Source of the DNA: Balamuthia mandrillaris
Lineage: Eukaryota
Assembly (NCBI GenBank): GCA_031835245.2
Contig: JAVKOQ020000075.1
Location: 62,001-126,000 of the forward strand
DNA length: 64,000 nucleotides
Direction: 5' to 3'
The notes below the pieces were generated by a model. It was not told where the DNA came from, did not search any database, and saw only the letters and a program-made list of their open reading frames with translations. The position numbers and the translations under genes were made by a program. Position 1 is the first letter of the stretch. Every line of letters begins with the position of its first letter. Shown piece after piece: positions 24,817-34,936 of this stretch.

Positions 24817-25600
24817 TTAGTCGTTATACTTTTTTCCCCCCTCTTTTTTCGTAAATCTCTATTTTCTTTCTTTCTTCTCCGCCACAACTACAAACTTGCT
24901 CAAAGTCCCTCCGCCTATTTTTACGGTTGCAAAGTAATATTAGTCCAAGTTATTTTTTTTTTGTTGCTGAAAGTTACTCCCTCTCTTTCTTTGTTGGTGA
25001 AGCAAAAAATAAAAAATAATTTTTACAAAAAGGCTTACCTCTAACTTTAGAACAGTTCACCGTTGTGGAACAAAAAAGAAAAGCTCCGGTGGATTTTATT
25101 TGTTTTTTTTTTTTCGAAAAGAAGGAAGACAAAACAACGCCCTTGGCCTTTCCGTCTCGTTCCTTCTCTCCTTGGGCAAGTCTCTAATTTTTTTTGTTAC
25201 CAATTACTTTTTTTTTCTTTTTACCCACAATTTTTTTGTTTCTTTGATCGTCAATTTTTTTGTTCTTCCTTTTTGAATCAAAGTTTAAGTCTAAATTGTC
25301 ACATTTTTTGGTAAGCAAATTCTTATAACTCCGGTCCAACCATGCGTCTGCTGCAAACTCCAACTATTCCCTCTTTTGGGAAAAACGGGGCCATAAACGG
25401 AAAAGAAAGAAAAAAGGGCAAGTGAAGAGTCACTGCAAGGAGGAGAATGAAACAAGCGTATGGACAAAAAAATGGAAAGATGACGAACATGTACATGTCT
25501 TCTCCTCCATCGTTGGAGGTGTAAAGATGATATCCCCTTTGGTGTGAAAGAAAGGGTGAAAGAGAGAACGGTTAACTTACAGAGGGAGAGCTCCACCGGT

Positions 25601-26233
25601 TCAAAAGAGAACCAGGCAGAAGAGAGTCGCCATGAAAGAGATGTAAAAGTCCCTAGCAGTGGTGGCAGCATTGGTGATGGTAGCGCCGGCCATGGTTATA
25701 AGACGTGAGGCTCCAGCAGGAGAGCGGGCAACCGTCAAGGAAGAAGAAGAGGCAGAGCCCCCAGCCCTCCGACCAAGACTACTCTCCACAAGGCCAGCCC
25801 TCCGCAACGCAGGAGAGCAGACCCCGGCCCTCAACGCGCCAGCCGCAAAGAGGGTGAGTCTGCCCACTCCCCTCCATAGCTGCTGCTCGTAGACGGCCAG
25901 TGGGGAGGGCGCACAGCCCCTCATGGTTGGGGGGATGCCCACAGGGAACTGAGAAAAGTGAGGGGCCAACCTTTGGAGGTGGCTTGCCGTGGAGGGATGA
26001 AAGCTGGCTATGTTGGCGTAGCTGCGTGTCAAACCGAAGTGGGCCTGGCCTCGTAAGTTTGGTAGAGAGGTCTGAGCTAGAGCGCGAGTAGACATGGTGC
26101 CAATAGGACGTGACCGTAGGGTCCCTCTCGTGGCAAGGCCAGCCCCTCTTGGTAACGTTGAGGAAAGAACGCCAGATCCTACATCCGAGTTCCAACGTTG
26201 TGCAGCGGCACTTGAGGCTCTCTTGTATAACAT
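25601..26233 (-). CDS. Hypothetical protein, Arg/Ser-rich N-terminus, hydrophobic C-terminus
   Basis: 210-aa ATG ORF in a relatively GC-rich stretch; presequence-like N-terminus and C-terminal FYISFMATLFCLVLF. No recognisable family. Confidence 0.45.
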   Translation of the reverse strand: MLYKRASSAAAQRWNSDVGSGVLSSTLPRGAGLATRGTLRSRPIGTMSTRALAQTSLPNLRGQAHFGLTRSYANIASFHPSTASHLQRLAPHFSQFPVGIPPTMRGCAPSPLAVYEQQLWRGVGRLTLFAAGALRAGVCSPALRRAGLVESSLGRRAGGSASSSSLTVARSPAGASRLITMAGATITNAATTARDFYISFMATLFCLVLF

Positions 26234-26799
26234 CTTTTTTATGTTGTTTCAATGAAGTAGACTGGACAACGGTCACAATCAAACGGAGAAGGGATTAAAA
26301 AACACAAGAATCCTGTCAATACGCAGAACAACAAAACTTCACAAGTTAGAGAAAGTAAGAGCATTTTGGCTCCTCCGTACCTTATTCACTGCCACAACAG
26401 GGTTCTGTCTTTTTTTTTTCTCCCCTTGCTTGACGTTCGCTTTGTTTGTTTGCTTCTTTGCTTTGTTTCGGAGAGAGGAAACTCCACACCCCTCACGTTC
26501 ACCACGCTTTGTGCACCAACCAACAACAACAATAAAATTGCCTGAGGGGTCCTCCTCAAGGAAAACGTAAATGAATTTAGTTCGCTGATTTGGGCGGGAC
26601 ACGAATAGAAACTTACTGCAGCTGGCCACCGTTACAATCTTGGACAAAGTTGCTGCAGCATCTGGGTGCCTACGAGAATTGTCGAACTAAATTCATTAAC
26701 TTTAGAGTAACGCGTCTCAATCGCGGGCAAAACCTGTGTGCACGGCGAGACTAACAAGTGGTTCAATAAAAAAAGTGAACGTTGGCCCAACGCACCGGA

Positions 26800-27411
26800 A
26801 TGATAGCGATCAAGTGCGTGGTAGTGGGGGATGGTGCCGTTGGAAAAACCTCCATGCTTATCTCCTACACAACCAACTCCTTTCCAGGTTTGTATTCCTC
26901 TCCTGCGCCACAAATCACAATAAAACGCTAACACCGAAAACACGCTTTTCCTTTATCTCTGCAGATGAATACATACCAACGGGTACTGCTGGGAGCTTCC
27001 TCCATTGTTTAGTTTTTATTTTTCAGGAATTAAAAATCTAACTTCTTTCTTCTTGTAGTTTTCGACAACTATACGGCCAACGTTGTCGTTGACAACAAAA
27101 CCTTTTCTTTAGGTACGTTGTTTTTGTTCAACCTTACCAATCGCAGCCTTGTTAGTAACCCCACCTTCCTCCTCCTTCATTTATTGATCTCTACCAGGTC
27201 TATGGGATACTGCCGGACAGGGCGAGTACGATCGTACGTTAACTTTCCTTATGCTAGAGATGTGTGTTAACGCTATCTTTCTTTACAAATAAAGGCTTGC
27301 GACCTCTCTCCTATCCACAAACGGACGTGTTCATGCTCTGCTATGCAGTGGCCACACCCGGTTCTCTTGACAATATTCGGGACAAATGGGTCCCTGAAAT
27401 CAGAGTCCGCC

Positions 27412-27456
<45 letters not shown>

Positions 27457-27835
27457 CTCCTCTCTCCTTATTGTCCTCTTTTCCTGTTGCCCTCTTTACA
27501 TTCTTCTTTCCTTTCTCCTTTCGTCTCCGTGTTCAAACTCACAAATGACAAAACAGGAGAACGGCTGCGGAGACGTACCGTTCATAATGGTCGGCACAAA
27601 GTCAGACTTGCGACAAAACAAAGAAGCCGTTGCGGCACTGTCAGCTAAAGGCCAGTCCTTAGTCACGCCAGAGCAAGCCAACAAGATAGCCAAGGCCGTT
27701 GGTGCCGCAAAGGTTGTAGAATGTTCGGCCCTTACGCAGGAAGGCCTTAAAAACGTATTTGAGGAAGCGATAAGATTAGGCACACCCAAAGAAGACGGAG
27801 CCAAGAGCAGCGGTGGTTGTTGTATAATGATGTGA
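26800..27835 (+). CDS. Rac/Rho-family small GTPase, multi-exon
   Basis: [44 protein letters not shown]..|[39 protein letters not shown]; CaaX end GGCCIMM. Confidence 0.97.
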
Positions 27836-28068
27836 TGTTTTGGTGAAGAGGGGCCAGGCATAAATGCAGTACTCGCCGATGTAGATATCATGAATACGAA
27901 GGAGGAGGATGAAGAAAATAGGAACAGAAGAAAAAGCAACTACACGATGATATGAAAAAGACGATACTGCAGAGCGAACAAAACAGAAAATAAATAAAAG
28001 AAAAAATGAGTGAATAGAAAGCACCAAATTGCATCCTTTGTTGCTGTTTGATAGGCCAAAGCAATCTT

Positions 28069-30116
28069 TCAGTCAAAGGTGATGTGCTTGCGAGCGGGCA
28101 TGGGCGCCGAAGCATCTCCCTTGTAGGCCTGTCCGTAGAGGGCGTGATCCTTTCTCTTTACGTGCGCGCCAAACTTGAGGAGCTCCTCTGGAACCTCGTT
28201 GCCGGCCTCCCGCAGTACGTTGGCCAGTTCTCCCGCTCTTGCCTTGTCGAAACGGGTGAACAAAGTATGTGCCACACCTTTGTTACCAGCTCGTCCTTTT
28301 TGTTGAAAAAAGAAACAAATGGAAACAGTAAGGATCTTTTAAGGCAGTAGAAAAAAACTAAATAGAGTGCTTACCAGTTCGTCCAATACGATGGATATAG
28401 TCTTCAATGGTAAGAGGGAAGCTGTAGTTGATGACATATTCTACATCAGGAATGTCAAGACCTCGTGCGGCCACATCAGTGGCGATTAGCAGCGGTGTAT
28501 TGCCGTTCTTAAAGGTTTCCAAGGCTTGAGTACGTTCATGCTGGCTGCGGTCGCCATGTATGGCCTGTGCCTTCCACCCACTTCGACGCAGCATAGACTC
28601 CAAGCGAGGAGCTTCCTTCTTGTAGAGCACAAAGATCAATATCCTGTTCTTTCTGTTCTCATCAAAAAATAGTATTCATTAGGATAGGCAAAATCATAAT
28701 AAAGAAAAGAAACCAAAGTTAGTAACCTCGATTTGTGGTACTGTCGCAAGAGCTGGTTAAGCCTTTCGTCTCTGGCGTGAGGCTCCATGACCTCTACGAT
28801 CTGCTTTACCGATTTGCAAGCAGTCAAGTCTTCTGAGCCGATGGTCACGCGCACTGCATCCGCTGCAAGAAACTCGCTGGCAAGGTTTTGAATGGTGGTG
28901 GGCCATGTGGCGCTAAACATGAGGGTTTGGCGTTTTGTGGGCAGGCGACCTATTATATTGCGAATATCTTTCTCAAAACCCAAGTCCAACTGCCGTTTGT
29001 CAATGGCAAACGAAAAAAGCAATCAGGAATTGTAAAGATGGGGTTATGGCATTTGAGAGAGAGAGAGAGAGAGAGAGAGAAGTGAACCATGCGATCAGCT
29101 TCATCAAGGACCAAATAGCGAATGTTATCTAAGGAGAGGCAGCCCTCCTCCACGAGGTCCAATAGACGTCCAGGGGTGGCCACCACAAGGTCCACGCCAG
29201 CCTGTAGAGCCTGGCGTTGCGTGTATTTGTTCACTCCGCCATAGACGCATAGGCTGGAGAGAGCATAGCCGGAGGAGGCAGATGCAAAGTATTGGGAGGC
29301 CTTCTCCCCAACGTCCGCTGTTTGCATGGCCAACTCTCTCGTTGGAGCAAGAACGAGTATTTGAGGAGTCCGTCCGTTGTTGCTTTTGTTCCATTTGTTG
29401 TTCTTCTTTCCACCAGAAGAAGGAGAAGAGGAAGCAGAAAGCACGCCACAAAGTGCAGGAAGAAGGAAGGCCAAAGTCTTGCCGCTGCCGGTCTCGGCAA
29501 TGCCGATGACGTCCTTGTTGGCCAGCAGGATGGGCCAGCACTGGCTTTGGATGGGGGTCGGCCGCTGGAAGCCATGACAGAGGGCGTCGAGGAGGTCCGT
29601 CGGGGTGAATCGTTGACGAGCCTCGTCGAAGGACAGGATGGGGGGGTAGAGCGTGTCATCGGCTCCGTCGGAGGAGACGGCGATGCCCTGTTCCTTTCGC
29701 CATTGTGTGGTCTCAGCAGCGCTCAAACGAGAAGAGGGGGAGTAGGAGGAGGAGGAAGAAGGAGAAGGAGAGGCTGTCCCATTGGTTGTTGAGTCGGAAG
29801 AAGAAGAAGAAGAAGAAGAAGAAAAAGAAGACGTTTGTTGTGGTTCGTCCGACTTTTTCTGTTTCTTGGTTTTCTTTTTCTTCTTTTTCTTTTCGGCTTC
29901 GGCGGGGTGGCCATTGGTTGCTACTGCGGCCTCGCCATTTGTGTCTTTGTTTTGCTTTTTCTTCTTCTTTTTCTTCTTCTCTTGTAGGTGGCCGTTTGCT
30001 CCTCCTTCCGCGGCGGAGGCGAGGACCTGTTCTTCCTCCTTTTGCTTCTTCTTGTTTTTCTTTTCCTCACTCCTCTTTCTCTTTTTGCCTCCTGCGTTTG
30101 CTGTCACGGCCTCCAT
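28069..30116 (-). CDS. DBP3: DEAD-box RNA helicase, DBP3-like
   Basis: Lys-rich N-terminus; [44 protein letters not shown]-terminal [20 protein letters not shown] is typical of Dbp3. Confidence 0.92.
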
Positions 30117-30361
30117 CTTCTTCGGTTCAGGGTTTCTTTACTTTCTTCTCCCGACGCCACACCCAAAAGAAAACAGAAAAGAAAAGAAAAAAGAAAAAGA
30201 AAATGGGAAAAATAGAAAATGAAAAAAAGAGAAGAAATTCAGAACACATTCTTTACATTCCAAAAATATTTATCATATTTATAATTCTTTAGCTTTGTCG
30301 TTCTTAACATATTTATCATTCTTTTTCCTTCCCGCCCATTTGCGGCGGAGAGGGAGGGCTT

Positions 30362-31626
30362 TTAGTCCTCTTCTTCTTCCAGCAAACCAAGTTCGACGAA
30401 CCAAGCTCGTATGCTTTCGTAGTATTCGCTCTGTGATTCCGTGTCCATGTGCTGACCCTGCGGAAAGCTTAAAAATTTCTTCTTTGCGCTGCTCTCCGCC
30501 GCATCGTAAAGGCGTGTCATCATGGCTGGCGGCACTAACTCATCCCGCTCTCCACTGATGAACAGAATGGGCAGGGAGATGTCCTTCACCGTCTGCAAGC
30601 TGTTCCATTTGTTAGTGCAGAGCATTTTGAAGTAGGAGAGCCAGGGCATGACCACGTCGATCATGTCGGGGATGCTGGTGAAGGTGTTCTCCACCATGAC
30701 GGCTGCCAGCTTGTCCTCGTTGGCGGCAGCCAGGTGCAATGCCACCGCTCCTCCCAGCGACCGACCGAACAGCACTATTTTGTGTGGGTCAATGTCTGGC
30801 AGAGAGCAAAGGTAATCCAGCGCGGCCTATTATTGTAGGTAATGGTTAGAGCTTGGAATGTTGAAGTTAACACAGTCATACGATTGTGGATAATCATTGG
30901 TTGCAGTGGGTGACAGTACCTGAGCATCACGCTGCAGGCCTTTTTCAGAAGGGCTTCCTTCACTCTTGCCATACCTATTTTGCAGAGCTTATTATTAGCA
31001 AGTGTTGGAATGACAAGAGAATAAGAAAGAGGCAAGAGGAGGAGAAAAGAGAGACGACAGAGGCAGAGAGAGAGAGAGAGAGAGAGAGAAGCAGGAAGGC
31101 AAACCCTCTGTAGGAGATGATCATAACATTACAACCAAGGTAGGCAGTACTGAACAAACGGCTGATATTATACAACCGATAGCTAAGGTCTGTAGTGTGA
31201 AGAAAACCCAATCCACCAAGAAAGAAGGGCGTAAGAAGATCACAACAACACAAAGATTATTCTCAAAGCACAACAAAAAAGTAGGTGCAGAACGTAACTT
31301 CCAGCGTTGCCGTGGCAGAAAAGGATGGTAGGCACTTCGTTGGCATTCCTGTGACGAAAGAGGTAGGCCTGTATCTTGACGCCGTCCTGCGTTGGTATCA
31401 TAACCTCTTCGAAAAAGTCCTCAAGGCCAACAGCCTCCGGAGAGATGAACACTGTCCTGGCGTCCAGCGGAAAGCCAGGTATGTAGACGAGTTTGTTCTG
31501 GAAAAAATAGAGGGCAAGCATGAGGGAGCCCGTCCCCGCTGCAATGATCCAAATGATCGTCTCCACGATGCCACCAAGGGTCATTGTAGGCGTGCTGTCT
31601 GCCGTTGTTGAGGCTAACGCTTGCAT
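30362..31626 (-). CDS. ABHD13: Alpha/beta hydrolase ABHD13/BEM46-like, multi-exon
   Basis: N-terminal TM then FQNKLVYIP, ILFCHGNAG, SYRGYGKSEGSPSEKGL, FGRSLGGAVA (nucleophile Ser), ENTFTSIPDM, SGERDELVP, GQHMDT. Confidence 0.92.
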
Positions 31627-32040
31627 GAACCGTACTATTTCTCCAGAGACTTTTGTCTATCCCACCAACAGCACAGGCAGGAACCAATACTGCGCAACCC
31701 ACCCCACAAACGCAACACGATCACACTGGGAAGGAACGCCAGCGTGCTCTTTATGTGCTTCCGCTCAGCTTTTTCTCTCTGCCTTTTTCTTTTTTCGCAC
31801 GAAAACAAACTTCAATCCCCAACCACAGGCCAACAACCTCATAGAAAACGAAGAGCCTCACAAAAAGTGTAGGGAAAACGATTTTATTTGTTGTGGGGAA
31901 AGGTGAACGCAAAAAGACAGGCATCGAAGAGGGGGAAAAAAGACAAAGACCTTTTTACACCTGAACAAACCTGCAAAGGGTAAGGCAGTGAGTGAGTGAG
32001 CGAGCGAGAAACAAAGAAAAAGAGGCTTAAAAAATAAAAG

Positions 32041-32137
32041 TGGCGGAGTCAGAACAGATTTTAGTGGATTTTTTGTTAATCAACATTTTTTGCTGTTCTG
32101 TAGCAGAACTGGACAAAAGTGTTTCATCATCTCGCCA
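32041..32137 (-). ncRNA. SNORD38: Box C/D snoRNA, SNORD38/snR61-like
   Basis: Minus strand: terminal stem TGGCG...CGCCA, box C ATGATGA (32130-32124), guide TGTCCAGTTCTGCT, D' CAGA, box D CTGA (32052-32049). The guide is complementary to conserved LSU rRNA AGCAGAACUGG and matches the remembered U38 guide GUCCAGUUCUGCUA. Confidence 0.85.
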
Positions 32138-32291
32138 AATGAGATTAAAAAGAAACAAAGAAAGAATAATTACCTGTTATGAAGAACCAGGTTGACGCGG
32201 CACGCTCGAGACAAAGGGACGTTATTTTCAGCCTAAGAGAACACGAATTAGAACCAATTTTAAACAATAGAGTTCACACTCTTCGAAAGAA

Positions 32292-32381
32292 GCAGTGTCA
32301 GAATTTGATATTGAGATCAACGGGTATTTGAAATACCACTCATCTGTCCCTAACTCAAATAAAAAGGTCTCATCACGCTAC
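32292..32381 (-). ncRNA. SNORD74: Box C/D snoRNA, SNORD74/snR64-like
   Basis: Minus strand: box C GTGATGA (32376-32370), guide GAGTTAGGGACAG, D' ATGA, internal stem GGTATT/AATACC, box D CTGA (32301-32298), short terminal stem GTAG/CTGC. The guide is complementary to LSU rRNA CUGUCCCUA, as in U74. Confidence 0.8.
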
Positions 32382-32684
32382 CGATGCGCAGTATGAGAGA
32401 TGGTGAGGAGGTACTTGCCTTGGCGGGCGCAGTGAACAGCTAGTGAGTGAGTGAAAGCAGTGTTGCGGTAGTGTTGTTGTAGCAGTGGAAACCAAAATAA
32501 TAAAAAGAAGAGCCAAAAGAAAGAAATAAAACCCAAGAAAGGGCCGGTCAAACGAGGGTTACACGCCTCCTAAAAATCGGGATTAATTCTCGGACACGAG
32601 AGAGGAGAGGAGATAAGTGACGTCAGATTAAACTGTTTTTCTTTTTCCTCCTTCCGCCTTTCCTCCTTACAGTACCCCTAACCC

Positions 32685-33647
32685 TTACATTACCCCCGGA
32701 AAGGGCACAATGCGCATTCGCTTTCGCAGCTCTTCCAAGTTTTCCTCGAACAGGCGTTCATAATAGATGTTCATAAAGAAGTGTGGTGTTTGTTGAGCGG
32801 ACGCTTTTGCCCACGGGATGTATTTGCTCCTCAGCTCTGATTGCTCCGAGAAGCTCAGCCGAAGTGGGCCTACAAAAGAGCTCAGCACACTCATGGGCAA
32901 CGGAAAAGAGGCTTTGTAGCTCATTTGGTACATTTCATACCACTTGAGTGCAATCTCTCCCAACACGGTGGGTGGCAGACCCACGAGCAGATGCAAAAAG
33001 TCGTGGACCTCACGGTAACGGGTCATGACGTAGGCCAGCTCCTCGTCATCCACGAACCGCACTTGCGGCCGCTTGTCTGGCGAGAAGCCTTCTGCGCGCA
33101 GCCACTCGACGTACTCTTTGCCAAAAGAGCCTGCTGGCAGCTTTGATAGCATCTCAAGGTCAACGCTGTTTTCTCTCACCCTATATACGTTGTTGAGTGG
33201 AAGCCATAGGAAGAGGAATGAACAAAGTTCGGACCTTGGTCTTTCAAGTAATATTTCTTGTCCTTCTGGGTCCTTGCGCATGGCCTGAAGCATTTGGCCA
33301 AGGGCATAGTCCCCTGTAGTTTCTCCCAAGGCGGCCACCATGTCCATCCGTTCTGGTCGAGCGAGGGCCATAAAGGCAGAGCCGAAGGTCATCAAAGCCT
33401 TTTGAAATGGAGACAGTTGGACGTGATTCGGATAAAGGGAGGAGGAGGAAGAAGGATGGTTGTCAGAAGAAGAGGAAGAAGAGCCCTGCTTGGCAGAAGT
33501 GGAGAAAAAAGGGTGTGATGAAAGAAAGGCGGAATTCCGCCACAAAGGCGAAGAGCACAACCGATTCGTCGCTGACTTTGGTTTACACGAGGCTTGGAAG
33601 ACGCGTGTTGCCGTTGCGACCTCCCCAAGGGCTCTCCGCGTTTGCAT
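32685..33647 (-). CDS. COQ4: Ubiquinone biosynthesis protein COQ4 (one in-frame intron at about 33180-33232)
   Basis: Mitochondrial presequence; MVAALGETTG, RYREVHDFLHLL..GEIALKWYE (HDxxH-x11-E motif), MNIYYE. Confidence 0.95.
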   Translation of the reverse strand: MQTRRALGEVATATRVFQASCKPKSATNRLCSSPLWRNSAFLSSHPFFSTSAKQGSSSSSSDNHPSSSSSLYPNHVQLSPFQKALMTFGSAFMALARPERMDMVAALGETTGDYALGQMLQAMRKDPEGQEILLERPRSELCSFLFLWLPLNNVYRVRENSVDLEMLSKLPAGSFGKEYVEWLRAEGFSPDKRPQVRFVDDEELAYVMTRYREVHDFLHLLVGLPPTVLGEIALKWYEMYQMSYKASFPLPMSVLSSFVGPLRLSFSEQSELRSKYIPWAKASAQQTPHFFMNIYYERLFEENLEELRKRMRIVPFPGVM

Positions 33648-33961
33648 CTTTTCGGGTTGAGAGTTTCTTTCTCTTATAGATCACACAGGATCTAATAACT
33701 GAAATTTCGATATATATCATGAAAAATACCTTTTTAAAGATTTTCATGAAATAAGTTGCGACCAATGGGGCTTCGCGCCTGTTGGCTGGTTTCTTCTTTT
33801 TGATTGTGGTTTTTGGGATCACGGTCACTGTGGGGTCAGAAATTTGTTTTTGCTAAAAGTTTAAGCTAAAAATTCAGGGGGTAGAGAACTGAAAGAAGCG
33901 AGCGACGGGGTAAAAGAGTTGTGGCAAGATCAGTGTGTCAACAAAAGGGGTGCTCTTCTCC

Positions 33962-34893
33962 ATGAAGTGCTTCTTTATATTGCTCTTTGCCATTGCGGTC
34001 TGGAGCGCGACAGTTCGTGCCTCTGCAGCCCCTCTCAATCCCCCAGGCCGCATCGGTGGGTTGATGTACCTGGAAAGATGCACAAACATTCCTGAAGTTG
34101 ACGATTTAAGCGGTTTCACAACAAGAACGTTTCAACGGCTACGAGGACTTGAACTGAACGTCAGCCGTGAGGATCCCAGAGGTTTGGACCGACGATTTCC
34201 TACTTTTCTTCCTGGCCTTTGTGGTCCACAAGTTGCGGGATCCTATCTGGAGGACCTCATTCTCGTGAACGCGGTAGAGTTTGAGTTCGACAACACTTTT
34301 TTCTACTCAGTCGACTTGGATAATCTAGGTTTAAGAGAGGAACGGCGCGAGACTACTTCTCGTAGCTCCCTCCTTCCCACCAAGATGACAAGGGAAGAGG
34401 TCGAGCAGCGCTTGCATGGTATCGAAGGAAGGTCCACTGAGAGGAAAGCTCATAAGAGCAGCATTTCCGCCAAGCGCAAGAGGCAAGAGGAAATCCTGCA
34501 GGAGGTGAATGAACGTTTGGAGAGGTTGGGCCTCAAACGCGAAGACTTGCATCAAGCCACCGCACCACGTTCCGAAAGGTCCTCCTTGGCGTGGAAAAGG
34601 AAGGCCACTCCCGGTCATTCCACAAACCAGGTTCTCACAGCCAAGCAGAGAGCTGCCATCAAAGCCCAAATGAAGAGAGACTACGATCTGCCGGAAGCTG
34701 GAAATGGCAACGGTCTTATCGGTAACCTTGCAGGCAATATTGGTTTCGGCTCCGTCAAGGTTACCAAGTTCTTTGATGGTTCTAGCAATGAATTGCTGCA
34801 GCTTCTGGAGAGGAACACTGGCAACTTTGGTATATTCCCGCTTTGTCCAGTTCACTCTGAACTATCAACCTCATATCTTATTTTTGCGCCTTG

Positions 34894-34936
<43 letters not shown>

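Larger units (their letters stand above)
31900..32500 (-). ncRNA. Putative non-coding snoRNA host transcript (or ABHD13 5' UTR exons) with two snoRNA-bearing introns
   Basis: Minus-strand intron 32418-32233 (AAG|GCAAGT...CTTAG), 59-nt exon 32232-32174, intron 32173-31971 (CAG|GTAATT...TTGCAG). No long ORF. Transcript ends are approximate. Confidence 0.6.

Noticed and set aside
32330..32341. 12-nt match TGAAATACCACT to conserved LSU rRNA inside the SNORD74-like RNA
   Set aside because: It overlaps the internal D'/C' hairpin and is not upstream of a D box. It may be accessory pairing or coincidence, so it is not called as a guide or an rRNA fragment.
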